64,000 bases of DNA from Eledone cirrhosa (Eukaryota). Location of the stretch: assembly GCA_964016885.1 (NCBI GenBank), contig OZ024743.1, forward strand, positions 361,212,001-361,276,000. The letters are read 5' to 3'. A program made the translations under genes and the position numbers. Shown piece after piece: positions 45,830-59,493 of the stretch (position 1 is the first letter of the stretch; each line of letters opens with the position of its first letter). The notes beneath the pieces are model-generated. The model searched no databases, had not been told where the DNA came from, and was given only the letters and a program-made list of their open reading frames with translations.

Positions 45830-46475
45830 TTTCAGTCAGGTCTCTTTGGGGGCTAGTGGCAACATGTAACCCAGTACAATTTGTTCCATGGTTGGGTCGT
45901 CGGCGGTTAAACCGGCAACGTCACCAGGCTTGCTTCGTGAAGAGGGTGGCTATGGATATCCTGCAGGAGAAAACCAAAACCTGTCTCAAAGAGCAGAGGA
46001 ACTTATGTGAGTCAACGGCCACATATTAGTATGCACATAGGTGGGTTGCAGTCAGCTCTAGTTGTTCTGGTTTTCCTGGATTTGCTTGCTACTGGCTACC
46101 ATGTAACCGAGTACTAACTGCCACATTTGGCCAGATGGAGGTCGTTAGCCTTGGTGGGTAGTCTATCTAGGAGAAGGAAAACTCTGAATCCAAATCTCGA
46201 CTTCCTTTCGGTGATATCCAGTCATGGGAAGGCTTCAGGAGTAAATCTCTTGTGTGAAAATCCAGAGTGTGAGCCATTAAGGCAGTTCGTCGTTGATTAC
46301 AACTTCCTTCTGACAGCTCCTGTGACAGCGCTGCTGCCAGACTGTTGCAGACTCGCTGCTCTTTTAGAGAGGGGGTGCTCGTTGTGGAGAGGGTTGACAT
46401 GCTGCATGTGCAACATCCTATCCTTCAAATCACATTGCCTACGCTTGTATCCAGCCACTCCATTCACTCTTATTT
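45830..46475 (+). mobile_element. RTE-like LINE 5' region
   Basis: Homologous to 37180-37442; contains CTAGGAGAAGGAAAACTCTGAAT and a GC-richer leader; no ORF2 follows. Confidence 0.55.
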
Positions 46476-46479
46476 GAAA

Positions 46480-47330
46480 CATTTCTTTGTCTTAAAACAC
46501 TGCACCCGAAGTCATCTTTTTTTCAAAATGTTCAAGTATTGTTATGCAGTTGGCGTTTCGTGTAACCTATGTAATTGTCTTTGCTCACGCAGGTTAACTT
46601 ATACACTAAATGTTCTCTCAAGCATGTTGAATGTGTATTGTTGTTGTTAATTCTTGTTGTAGTATATTCCATGACAGGGCATGTGTCTGAAATAAGTGTC
46701 TTCTTCGATGGTCTGTATGAGGTACTGGCTCAACAGCGTGCGGTTTTGGCTCAACATACTTGTTACTCATACTGAGAGGCCTGTTCTTCTGATATAGTTT
46801 CTAAGACAAATTTCTCCTTGCTATGGCAGACCAATGTAGATCCAGGTTTTATCTTTGTTCTCTCCTTTCTTTCACTCTTTTCCTTTCTTCTTGTTGGTTT
46901 TGTTGTATTTCGTGGTTGTTGTTGGTCTGAGAGTGATTATGGCTGCTATCAGGATTAAAGGTAGAGGTTGATGTGGAGTGTGGTGTCTGTGACTGTTTCT
47001 GTTGGTCTTCTCCCTTTATTCTCTCGATAATGTTTATTTCAAAGCATTGATCATCGCCTCTTTTAAAAATAAATTTTGCTTGGTAGGTCACGTCGCTTTT
47101 GTCCGTGCGGCGTATAATTTGGTTCCTGACCACATGGTGTTTTACGCCTTGTGGATATGGTGACTGTGGGTGGATGAAGACATCTCTCTTGGATTCTTAC
47201 TCATAGAAGCTGATGTTGGCCTTTCCTGAAGCTAAGGGTAGGGTAGTTGAGAAGATATATGGAAACATCTGCAGTTGTATGTTCGATGTCGAACTTGATG
47301 ATGATATATCGTAGTTATATGAACATGTAG
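46480..47330 (-). pseudogene. Penelope-like element fragment (RT thumb to GIY-YIG)
   Basis: Minus strand ISFYE*ESKRDVFIHPQS...VVRNQIIR, then LVYKLTCVSKDNYIGYTKRQL. Confidence 0.7.
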
Positions 47331-47384
47331 ATGTAGTTACGGCATGATCCTCTCATGAATAAGTGGGAGAAGAAGAAAGAAGAA

Positions 47385-47510
47385 GAAGAAGAAGAAGAAG
47401 AAGAAGAAGAAGAATAGAAGAAGAAGAAGAAGAAGAAGAAGAAGAAGAAGAAGAAGAAGAAGAAGAAGAAGAAGAAGAAGAAGAGCAACAACAACAACAA
47501 CAACACCACC

Positions 47511-47542
<32 letters not shown>

Positions 47543-47553
47543 CAGCAACAGCA
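47385..47553. repeat. Compound trinucleotide microsatellite (GAA)n(CAA)n(CAC)n
   Basis: Direct reading. Confidence 0.95.
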
Positions 47554-49689
47554 AGTTGATAGCTTTACATAGGTATATATACATATATACGAACATATAT
47601 ATGTACATACGTGCCTGCATGTGTAAGTATGTGTGTATTCGCATTTACTTTTATATATTTACGTATGCGTATATATATATGCCAATTTACATGCAGCACT
47701 AACAATTCTCCTCTTAAAAACAGAGAGGAAAATGTGTGATAAAGTAGGAATGCGAAGGTAAATATTTCCATTATTATGTCTTGCTTGTTTTAAGAGTTTC
47801 ATTGTAATATTAGATATACATATTCTATGAAGTGCTATGAATACAACCATGACTACCTGCTTACAATGGTTAGAGATCAATCTCATTGCACAGCCTCTCA
47901 TAAATGTATTTTCAACGATAATGTTGTTGACTACGGGGTCAACCATGGCAGCCTACATACAATGGTTAGGGATCACTACCATTGATCAGCCTTTCAAGAA
48001 TGTTTTTTCAATCATAATATTGTGTTGATCAAAGCATCATTCATTAAATTTAATAGACACCTGACAGTTGAACTGTTTCTTTTCATGGGTTATATACCTT
48101 AACAACGCCTGGCTTAAAACCTTCATGTAGTTCTTGCGTGGGTGTAGCAACATACAACTTTTAACACCTTTGCTGTAAGTATAGCAATTCCCTACCGACA
48201 CCAATAATGTAAACCCTGAAATGTTTTTTTGTGGTCTTAACATTAAATCAACATTTTGTTTTAGTGTTGATTCAAAAGTATTTTTTTTGCAATATCACAG
48301 TTTAATTAGATCATCATTGGTGTCCAGGAATGAAAAACATAAACATGATAAAATGTATAGACACTTCTTTATATAGATAGAGGAAATATATATGTAATAT
48401 AGCAGGCGAGATGGGTGGAAATATTGAAAGCGGCTTATATAAAGTCCGTAACGTAAACAAGCGTCAATTACGATATACTCAGTTTCAGTATTTCTCTTCT
48501 TTCCATATCACAGTTGAATTGTTCATGTTCGAGAATTAGAGAAGTAGAGAGATAGCAGATTATGTCACACTTATTCATTGGCTTTCAACATTGATATAGC
48601 GTTACAAACTCTTAACTGCAGTTGTCACTGTTATTTGTTCCTACAGAGCAAACAAATTATGATATGTAAATTTGTCTGCAGACCACATTACTGAAACATC
48701 ATTTCTATGATGAGTCTTATACATGGTTAGAATGATAATAAAACATTAATTTTCTCCAGCTAATATACTTCTACATGGAATACAAAATAGACTAAGTATA
48801 AATAACATTTGTAAACTATCGGTTGCTAGTATTTCTGCAAAGAATTGATTGCTTGTTGATGAAACAATTTTCACTGGCGAATAAACAAACTCAAAGAAGA
48901 ACCCAATAGAAATGAAACAAAAATATAAAAAATAACCCTTAATATGTTTGAAATGGCCTGGTAATCATTACTGTCAATAAGAAGATTACGAAGAGGAAAC
49001 AATCTCTAGTAAATGTGTGATGCATTTTAACATTTCTTGTACTTGTTGAATTCAGAGAATTACACGTACATTTATACATTCGTTTTCCAAGTTTCTTTTT
49101 ATATTATTTAGTACAATTATACTTTATTTTATGCTTATTTCATTTTAAATTGATTATTTATTTTTCGTCTTCTTTTCTCCATTTCCACCGTTATCCATCT
49201 TCGAATTTAATCAAACAAAATAGAGTTCTAGGCATCGCAAATAGAAATGTTTAAAAAAAACTTTCGTTTTCTATGGGTTATTGATAAATAAATGAAGTTC
49301 TTAAGGATGTGTAAGTCAGAAAATGAGTTGTAAATCTAATATTAAAGATATAATCTTTGGAATGTACAGTCAGCAACATTAAAAGATAATAAAGATCCGA
49401 CGCCCGGTGAATTATACGACACCAAATTGGAAGCAAAGTTGTAAAAATGCGAGCTATATGGCCTAGATGCAAAATATTGTGATGACAGCTGAAAATGAGG
49501 GATGTAAAAAAATAACAGAATTACAAAAATATTCCACATTGGTTAAATAAATATGTGCTTAAGCACAGAAAGAAAATGTTAAATATAGTAATATGAAAAT
49601 CTGTAGAGAGGTGACGGTAGCGGACTTCAATGCCTACCTCAACGTCTTACCGCGTCTCTCGACGGCCGATATCTTCAGCCGAAATAATT

Positions 49690-51845
49690 TTTAAGGAAAA
49701 CCAGCAAGGTAGCAGCGTTACCTCGCGTGATCGGGAAGCTGAGGTGCTGGAACAACCAAGCGCCTCCACGAGCATCACCAGTTAGCTCAGTTAGGTGAGC
49801 TGCCAGTGAAGATAAGAATCTCGCTGTCAGTAGCCCGACTCCCCCAAACCTCTCGAACGTCACAGGCTGGAAAATGTAGTTAGCCGACAGAAAGGCCAAG
49901 AGAAGTGACTGGTCCGTGATGGATTTGGAGATTATTCTCCAAATAAAACCAGAATAGCTAAATAACATCCTGGACCCTGTCCGCTTGCAGGATGGTTCAA
50001 CGATGCATTTGATTACTGAAGAATGAACGCCGCACTGCTTCGTCTGCGGTGAAGCAACGCATCTGCGAGCCTTCTGCCTCGGCTGAACATGGCAGGGAGC
50101 CGCAAACCTCCTTTGCTACCAACCACAGTGCCGGGACGGAAAGCTCTACCAACACTGACTCCGGCAGCCCCACCAACAGAAATAAAAGTCGAACCCCCAC
50201 CAAAACCAAATCCAACCCAGGGAAAAAATGAGAAAATCTCTCCCATTCCCGCTCCCGCTCAAAATATACTCATTGACAAAAATATAAAGGCACACAGAGG
50301 CACATATACACTTACAGGCACAGACCAGTTATCTTCCAGTAGTGAAATTGAGGGAAAACCCAAATCCACCAAAAAGCAAAAAAATAAAAATAAAAAACAC
50401 AAAAAGCCAAGCACGAAAACACACACAACACGAAATGCAGACACCTGAGTTAGGACACAAATGCAGTCGCGTAGGTTAGGACATGGTTACTGGAAGCTGA
50501 AAATGTCGTTCCGGCACGTAAGGTTTACAGGGACAGGGACAACAATTTAGTTAAGCAAAGGTTGTCAGAGGGTCGTCAACAACAGGTAGTGGTGGGTTCT
50601 CAAAAGAGAGGTAACAGTATTTTCGATAGGGTTTAGCAAAGAAATAGCGTCAGAGAAAAATAGAAAGGAAGGAGAGCTGGTAGAAGAGGTTATTTGTAGT
50701 GGCATGGCAACTGACGTGCTAGTGGCGAGAGTGGCATTAGACTATTTCTTCAATGCAAAACACAAAGGTTGCATTGTCAAAGCTGAGGTGCGTGCTCTGA
50801 GAAACGATGGAACTAATGCTGTTCGATGGGCCCGCGTGGCAGAGGTGCAGCGTGGTAATAAAACCTCAATTCGGTCTTCGATGGACCGAGACGGACACGA
50901 GCTGAGCGATCCACGCGGATATGTGAAGCCTTTCGCCAGCACATTACTTGGTTGTTGGGGTAATGGCGGCTCAGAGACGGTAGCGGACTTCAATGCCTAC
51001 CTCAACGTCTTACCGCGTCTCTCGACGGCCGATATCTTCAGCCGAAATTTAAGATATCTAAGCGGCTGCACGAGGTGCAAGTCACCCGGTTTGGATGGTC
51101 ATCTCTTTACATAAATATGCTAGACTTCTCTGATCTCCTCGAAGCGCTCTATTGCAACTGGCAACGGAACAGGGGTATCCCCAGTTCTATGAGCCGGGCT
51201 GTAGTGACGCTGATAAGGAAAGACGAGAACAAAAGGGACACTTTCGATAATTTCAGGACCGCAACGTTTAAGATTTTGATCTGAGTGTCAGCGAAGAAGT
51301 TAGCGCTTGTTATTGAGGATATGGTTGAGGGGGCACATACTTGCTCAATCCCGACCTGGTCCGTACAAGACAACCCCCACCTCATGCGATACATGATAGA
51401 GAGGTTAGGGTGTAAACCTGGATTCAGTGGTGCTCTCATCAATTTATATCAATCAAAAACATTCTATAGTGTTGACCATCGGTACATCGAGGCTGTCCTC
51501 AAGGCAGCTGGTTTCGGCCCTGACCGCAGTTGTATGCTGCAATGCACAGTCAAAGTTAATGGCTACCATTCGGAACAGTTTCAGAACTCCCGATCGGTCC
51601 GACAAGTGTGCCCCTTCCCCTCCCTTCTGTACGTATTGACTCTCGAGCCTCTACTGCAGAAGCTGGAGCTGTTCCCGGGAACTGAGACACGGAAAGGCTA
51701 TGTCAGCTTATGCGGTTGACATCACCGTGATGGTGGCGGACACATTGGAAATCGAGGTGACCGGCACCTTATTGGAGGAATATGAAGGTTTGACAGGAGC
51801 GAAGCTTAACCCGGAAAAGTCGTTGGGCTTTCACCTCGGCATCTT
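49690..51845 (+). mobile_element. Decayed Tx1/L1-like LINE (ORF1 zinc knuckle plus RT remnant, endonuclease mostly missing)
   Basis: CFVCGEATHLRAFC (CCHC) at 50036-50077; GHGYWKL, KSPGLDG, KTFYSVDH, RSVRQVCPFPSLLYVLTLEPLL, SAYAVDITV. Confidence 0.85.
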
Positions 51846-52859
51846 CTGATTTGTTGCTACTGCTGCTGCTGTTGCTGCTTCTGGACTGCACACCACACTC
51901 TGTACATTTTGTTGAGTTTCACCAGTTTTTGAAGCGTTTTTCTTTGAAAATATTGTTTCTTTCCGGGGCTAAACCGATCATCTTCCGAGCGAGCTGGTCG
52001 TTTCTTACCCATGGTCTCTAATTTCTTTTGCTTCACTCCCCACAACAACGACAAAATAACATGGCGGATGCAAATGTATCTTCACCTAGTAATCGTGACG
52101 CTGTCATATAGGAAAAAAGCAAAAACGTTACGGCTAACATCACAACTGCCATCACCACTACTACTGACACCACCAATAACAACAGCATTAACTAAATTAA
52201 GAGTGCCGTCATCAACTACACCAGAGCCGACCACAACAACAAAGATAACAAGCAGAACCAAAACCCAAACCAAAAATCATTCCCAACAGAGAATTTGCAT
52301 GAACTTCATTTCCCACCTCTACCAAAGTGCACAATAGTAAACGCCGCAAAACTAACCATCACCATAACAATAAGCACAACCGCAACCAACTCCACTAACT
52401 CCGCCATCACCCCCTACCATCACCAGCAACCATGAAATCTAAAAGAAACTATAACACGAACAAACAACAATAACAAAAGTAATCAACACAATGACGACAA
52501 TAGTAACAGTGACAACATAAATAACAACATAATTAATAAGTAAAATAAGAACAGCAGCAATATGAACAATTACAACAGCAAAAACAATAACAACAACAAT
52601 ACGACCAACAACACCAACAACAAATTCGCAACCACAGCGTCTAAAGCAGCAGAATGATATTAAAAAAAGACGACTAGACGACAAATGCTTCCAAAGTAAT
52701 TAAATAACGAAACAAGAGAGCAGAAATAGTCACCCCACCCTAGGTTTTGGCGGCAAAGGTATATAAGACGCTGATCTACAGAACTATATCTATAAACACG
52801 AGACGGCCGGAAGTGGCAGCACAAAATAAGTGCGAAAGAACACTGATAGATATGCCCGA

Positions 52860-53605
52860 TGTAGATCATATAGCTAGAGCAAAGTAGTACAGGGTGATTT
52901 TAGACCTTTTTGAAACATGTTATGGCCGTAAAAACAATATGTGGTCTCTGTTTGGAGTGACAAATTAATGTTATACAGTTTGCACCAAAGAAGAAACACT
53001 GTAAAGGTCAGGATTACCGGTATCACGTCTGGATTGGATATCTGGTGGATCCTGGCTTGTGTGGTGCGAGAAACTAGTGACGCAGTCTTGGAAGTCAGGC
53101 TTACCAGGAAGGAATGTTTAGAATTCTACTACATATCAAATGTTGAACAATAAAGAACCAAAGAAACATCCTGTATCATTCTAACACACGCATCCACAAC
53201 AAAAGCAGTAGTAAGGAGGACGCGGCTGAAAGGACTAAAGATATACGCTTTCCTCTTTGGCTAAGCCCTCATCAATTTGTTCAAGTTCGACTTGGGAAGG
53301 AACGTAAGTGTGGGGAGGGAGGTGTTGTGGTGAAGATTGCTCGTGTAGAAGGGCCTACTCTGACCATGCGCCAGTAGGCTGGCTGATTTAGAGGGGAAAG
53401 GGGTGTCCTCATTGTGTGCTCTTGGATCGTTGGGTGGTTTAGGCATAGTGGGGTTCCTGAGTCACCACTTGCTGGTACCGCCCCTCCTATTGGGGACTCA
53501 TTTCTATGTAATGTATTGTTTATTGCTGCCTCTAATGATTTTCTTATAGATTTTTTTTTTTTTGTAAAACACCACTGTACCTTTTTTGATATTGTCCCAT
53601 ATTAA
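52860..53605 (+). pseudogene. Further Tx1-like ORF1 and 3'-end scraps
   Basis: RRNTVKVRITGITSGLDIWWILACV and a GC-richer 3' segment; tentative. Confidence 0.35.
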
Positions 53606-53642
<37 letters not shown>

Positions 53643-53643
53643 A

Positions 53644-54760
53644 CGCTTTTGATCCGGTAGATGTTATATCGACACTATGCCAAAAGAGCGAGCCATAGCT
53701 AATTGTCAAAGGCCCTTTGGATTATTCCCCCTCTTTCAACTTCCCAATACCCTCGTTAGAATCCTTTCTGTCCTTAGTAAGGCTGTTTTCTGCAATAATC
53801 CTGTCCTAATGGTAATTTCAGGCTTCTCAAGCCATGCATCTAACATTTTACTAACTGCTCCCAGTGCACCAACCACAATCGATACCACTTTTATGCGTCT
53901 GATTCTCCAAAATTTACTGATTTCTCTTTTCAGTTCCTGGTATTTCTCAACTCTCTCACTTTCTTCTCATTCACCCTGCGTTCTATGGTGAAGCAATATT
54001 CAAAATACATTCCTTGTTACTTTTCTATTCTACGACAACAATGTCAGTCTTTATAGCCACGAAAAATGGCCACAATTGATGTTCAAGACCCGAAAGATAT
54101 TTTTTTCATTTTCAGCCATCCTTTCCGATTGGTGTTTATACCATTTCTCACTTTTGCACATCTTATACCTATGACAGAGCTTCCAATGAATCAACTTGGC
54201 AATGTTGTCATGCCTTCTCTTTTACTCTTTCTGAGCAAGCATCTTATATTCACTAATAATGTGGTTTATTATTTCTCACCACAGTCTACAAAGTAGGGAA
54301 TTCACTGACTTGTCAATATTGAAATTGATACTATTCGTTCTCTGTGCATGTTCTTGGGCTGCAAAAGTAAGAGCCCCAGTTTCAGCTCCTAAGTCACTTT
54401 TCCTAGTCCATTCCCAGTTTCTACATTTTTCAACTCTCTCAGGCATTTCACGTAGGAATTGACCATAACTTTTATTTTACTTTCTTCCAACTATTCAATG
54501 TGCCACTCTCACTGTCTTCTTTAAATTCACGTTTTTCCTTTGCTTCATCACTGTTTAAGACCTTTATCTTTCTTACTCCTTCCATTAATCTTTGAATTAT
54601 TTACATACTATGCCAGCTTATTTGTTTCTGAATTCATACGCAGCTAATGAGGCCCCTTCATCCTCTCTGCTATGATAGATACAACCTGTCTACGTCCAAT
54701 TTGGGATGTAGAGCCCCAATTAATATAATATCCCGCCAATTCGAAGATTTTGAATCTTCA
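53644..54760 (-). mobile_element. R4/Dong-like RLE retrotransposon 3' fragment ending in (TAA)n
   Basis: AAQEHA.RT, CRLCGE, KRRHDNIAKLIHWKLC, DIVVV, EKYQELKREI..FW, IVVGALG, LQKTALL.T.RIL; (TTA)n tract at 53606-53643. Confidence 0.85.
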
Positions 54761-55742
54761 TTGTTATACAGATTTCTCTCAATATCTTAAACCATTGCAA
54801 GGCAATAAAACCAGTACAGTAGTATATCATTCCCATATTTATGAATATCAAATTTCAATTCGTCAATAACAAATATTTATCGACGCTAAGTGTATTATTT
54901 TATTAATATTATTGATAAACATGTTTGGCTTGTATTAGTGCTTGATGTCAAATATCGCATTGTATACATTACTGCAAGCCGTATTAGTTATAAGAACAAA
55001 ACATCTTCTCCAAAGTAACATTGAGTAAACTCTGTTTAAAAATGGTGATATGATAACATTAACGTTTGTTTCACATTTTGATGTTAAAATCGATAGTTTT
55101 TTCTTTTGATTTTCCTTTTGTTGTCGTCGGTGTTTTCAATTGTATTTTTCTTTTGGTAAGTTTTCACTATCATCGAACTATTTTAATTCTAGTTATATCA
55201 TTCTTGGATTTAGGTAAACCTATTAGAAAGTTTAAAAAAATACTAAGTTGCTTAAAGATAACATTGCTTAAGGTAAAGTCAAATCGTTCGTATTAGTTTA
55301 AGCCAAAAAAGTTGAATAAAAGCATTTTACTTTCAGCTCAGTTTATTACGAATGAAAATATATATATATGAATAGAAATATTTCTATAAAAACAAATTTA
55401 GTTTGAATTGAAACAAATTCTTAGTTTGTATAAAAAATGTTCATGAAAATGATTGCAAAGAAAATTGCTGATTCTTTCATTTCATTTCAGATTATTTCTA
55501 TTATATTAAATATTTGAAATTAGAAGTTATACGGAACATTAGTTTATTCGCTATAATTAGTTTTAACTGTTTGAAGAGGATGTTTGGAATGATAATATAC
55601 TTTGACACTGCGGTGAGACGCAAGCCCAACCATATCTGTGTATGCTAGAGAGATAGAACTCCTATCTTAAATGTCTGTGAAACAACGGTAGAAATTACAA
55701 GAATGTCATTCATTCTAATCTTATTATATTATTAACAAAATG

Positions 55743-55931
55743 GGGGTGGATTGGCAGTATCAGTAGAGGGTCGGACGCCATGCTTTCCAGCATAGTTACG
55801 TCCCTTTACGATCTGAGTTCAAATCCCGCCGAGGTTGACTTTGCCTTTCATCCTTACGGGGTCGATAAAATAAAGTACCAGTAATGCACTGGGTAATTGC
55901 TGGCCTTGTGCCTAAAGTAGAGATAATTATT
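55743..55931 (+). mobile_element. Young tRNA-derived SINE with 15-bp TSD
   Basis: Near-identical to 384-571; TSD ATTATTAACAAAATG at 55728-55742 and 55926-55940. Confidence 0.92.
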
Positions 55932-56410
55932 AACAAAATGTACTACCGAAATAATGTTAGGCAGCGAGATTTGTAAGAACATGTTAAAATATTAAGAACG
56001 CGTGAATGTTTATGTATGTATTTATAACTTTGTGTGTTAGTTCCAAATTGGATCTTGTTTTAGTCTCTCTAAATTTTGTTAGGATTTGCAATGTTGCTAT
56101 TGTATACATGCATTCTTGCTTTAACATAGGAAGATTATGTACATGCTTCAAAACTACGAGACGCAAGCATCATCCTGGTATTAACTCAAGAGTGGTTATG
56201 TGTGTTTTGAATATACTAGGTTGCGGCTAATCTTCCATTTGAAGGTTAGTGGTTCCACCAGTAGCAGGTAAGTTCAAATAATGTGAGCATAGATTTTATT
56301 TTATTTTATCCGGGAACTATGAAATTAATGTGGTGTTTTCTCCCTCCACTATGCTCCTTGAAACATGTCAAATCTCCGTCGTTATTCCATTGTCTGAAAT
56401 CATTATAATC

Positions 56411-56594
56411 GATGGATTGGCAGTATTGGTAGAGGGTCGGACTTTGCAGCATAGAGTTACGCCCCAATATAGTCTGAGTTCAAATCCCGGCAAGGTTAAC
56501 TCAGCCCTTCATGTTTACGGGGTCGCTAAAATAAAGCACCAGTAATGCACTGGTATAACTGCTGGCCTTGTACCAAAAGTAGCAACAATTATTA
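56411..56594 (+). mobile_element. tRNA-derived SINE
   Basis: Same family, more diverged; ATTAT(A/T)ATCG flanks. Confidence 0.85.
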
Positions 56595-57000
56595 TCGCTT
56601 CCAAGGCAAGAAATCAATTTTTGTGAAAGAACATATATAATACTGATGAAATGTATTATTCTATTCATAGATTTTGTTTCTTATCCTGGCCATTTTCGAT
56701 TCATTCTTGGATGAAGGTTCGACAACTATGCTGGTTTAAGCTTACCTGAACACGCTGGTAAAGTGCGAGGTGGAATCTGAACAAAAAATGCAAAGAATTA
56801 TTTCGCAACCGCAAATCATCACCTTCGACGCTCTAAAAATTTCGGCATTCTATTGATCTTTAGAAATACGTTAATTATCGAACCTGAAAATATGAAAATC
56901 AAATTTGAACTAATAGAACTGGAACTTATACCGTGAAATTTTCAATTTGATATGCTTTAACGACTACCGTTTACAGATAGTATTATTCTTTTATAAACAA

Positions 57001-59425
57001 CTAGCAGCCGTACCCGGCGTTGCCCGCGTGTAAGTCTACCATTAGTAAATCATTTTTTTAAGAGAAAACAACGTATCATGAACCTCCCCAAAAATCATTT
57101 ATTTTTCACCGTGAGAAGTATGTGTTGTTCGATGTAAAAACGGTAAAATGTTATGGCATATGAAAGGTGAATGAGTGTAAAAGTGTGAGGTTGACGCGGT
57201 TAAGCTCCAAACGCGAACTATGCCACACGGAAGTCAGCAGCCCAAAAGTGAGTCACATGGAATTTATGACAATAATGTGGGATGCTTGGCAATTCCGGGA
57301 CTGAAGTCGTTGCGGGATGACGGAGATAATGTATGGCGACTTTGAGTGAAAGGTACAAATGAGGGAGGGTGCCATACGTTTGCTACAGTAGAAACATTTA
57401 AATTTTTCGTTATGCATTGCGTATATGTAGGCATTGTAATGATTTATGTAGTTTGAAATGCTTACCATTCTGTATAGTTGTGGCTGCCAATAGAAACTGT
57501 GACGTTGCTTTCCTTAGACTGATTGCAGTGACATAGACCAAATATGAAGGACGCTCAAAATTCTTCAACACAAATTCTGCACGAACCTCGATTGCAAAAG
57601 TAACAGAGAATAACGAATAGCGATTATTACGTCAAAAGAAAAATGCTGAAGCAACTTCTATTGCACGAGATGCAGAAAACGAAACGCAACGTTCGACGCG
57701 TCAGCAAATAAATTCTGAGGCAACTGCTGCTGCTTGAGGTGCAGAAAACGATTCTTAACCCTCACTGCGACAGAAGGCAAATATTGTTGGCAACGTCTAT
57801 TGCAGGAGATGCAGAGAACGAACCACAGCGTTCATTACGGCGGCATAGAAATGCTGAGGCAACTTCCGCAGTTCAAGCTGCTTCAACCGAAACAAAGCAT
57901 CAACTGCGGCAGCAAAGAATTGTGAGTCAATGTCTGCTGTTTGAGCTGTATCAACCGAAACACGGCGTCAACTGCGGCAGCAAAGACATCTGAATCAACG
58001 TCTGCTGCACCCGCTGGTGAATCTATGGGAAACTGGCTCAACCAACCAGAGGGGAACGTGCATTTCAATACCGTGAAGCTCAAAGTTGTCACAACGTTTA
58101 CAGTCGAAAATGTATGGTGTTATGAATTTCAAAAAGGCAATATGTCTACAATTTGTTAATTATTGAAAGCAGCGAGGTATTTGATTGTTAGAAGACGGTT
58201 TGTGTCGTCGTGTTGATTACAGAACTTCTTGGTACACAATGTTTGTGGTTTTACCGTTTGGAGCAAATGCATAAAGGTTTCTTTTGCTTCCCACTCTGGA
58301 ACATCCAGCGTATAGCTGACCGTGCGAAAAGCATGGCTCTTCTAGGTTTATTCCCGCGACGGACAATATTTGCCCCTGAGACTTATTTATCGTCATAGCC
58401 AAACTACAACGAACTGGAAACTGGAGCCTCCTAAATGAAAAGGGGATCTCTGATGTTGACGGACAAAGGGGAATCCTTGGGATAAATACATTTTCCCCCT
58501 TTCCACACCTCGAGAGAATCGTCGGCTCGATCAAGTTTTGCATTAGTTTATTTTCTGTAAGGCGCGTGCCGTTGAAGAATGTTGGTGGGTGTAGATTCCT
58601 CAAAAGCATAATTGGGCATCCTTGCTTAAATTCCAATGGATGAGATGGCAACCCGGAGGGTGGGGGTCAATGAGTTAAGAAACTCAATTGGGTAGTTAAT
58701 GGGGTCTGTGACTGTATCGATGGACTTGTATGTACACGATGCTGTAGGAAGATATTAAAGCAGTTGTCCGTTGATTTTTTCGACAGTCCCATTTTTCGGA
58801 GCCAGTATTGCCCTTTCGCACAGCCAGTTTGGATTTTGGTAGTTAGTACTCAACTCAGGGAATACTGCATCTGTCAAGTCGTCAACACTGTCGCCTAAAG
58901 TGCAGACCGGTTCGAGGGAGATTTTTTCATCTTCATCAAGCGGCACTTTGCCGTTCCCAAGTGTCAATAGGTTGGTAGCAAAATTTGATGACACTTGGTC
59001 ACCAAGCATCCCAGCTCTCATGTTCGTAGAGAGCGTTAATGTTGTGACATAACGCCAAAGCGGAAATGACTTTAAGCATGCTCGAATAGCATCAGCCCTT
59101 GTTCCTTTGAGAATAACAGGGAGAGTTTGTCTAAAACTCCGGTTAAAAGGACAGTCACGCCTCCCATGTGATCCTGGGATTCTCTTATGTCTCTTAAAGT
59201 CTTGTCCAGTGCCTCCAAAGCTCCTTTATGACCCATGGTACATTCGTCCCAAACTATAAGTTCACCCCTTTTAAGTAGTTCTGCCTTTTCTGATCATTTA
59301 GTAATATTGCAGCAGTGTGTGCCATTTGCTGTTATATTGCGGGGGAGTTTGAAGGCTGAATGTGCTGTCCTGCCCCCCAGGAAGCAAGGCTGCAATACCG
59401 GAAGACGCAACAGCAAGTGCTATGT
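57001..59425 (-). mobile_element. Helitron 3' part with a decayed RepHel helicase
   Basis: Reverse-complement end GCGGGCAACGCCGGGTACGGCTGCTAG at 57001; helicase remnant upstream. Confidence 0.85.
58217..59425 (-). pseudogene. Pif1-family helicase domain of Helitron RepHel
   Basis: AVASSGIAA, RTAHSAFKLP, IVWDECTM, NMRA, RAILAPKN, PIMLLRNL, RLQFPVR..AMTINKSQGQ, FSHGQLY..CSRV; frameshifts. Confidence 0.92.
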
Positions 59426-59493
59426 GTCTGTGTTGTCGAACCTTGGCAAGGAGAAGTTGTATGACAAAAGTCTTCCCTTATATACATATATAT

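Noticed and set aside
47363-47572. Poly-E/Q/H ORF
   Set aside because: Compound trinucleotide microsatellite.
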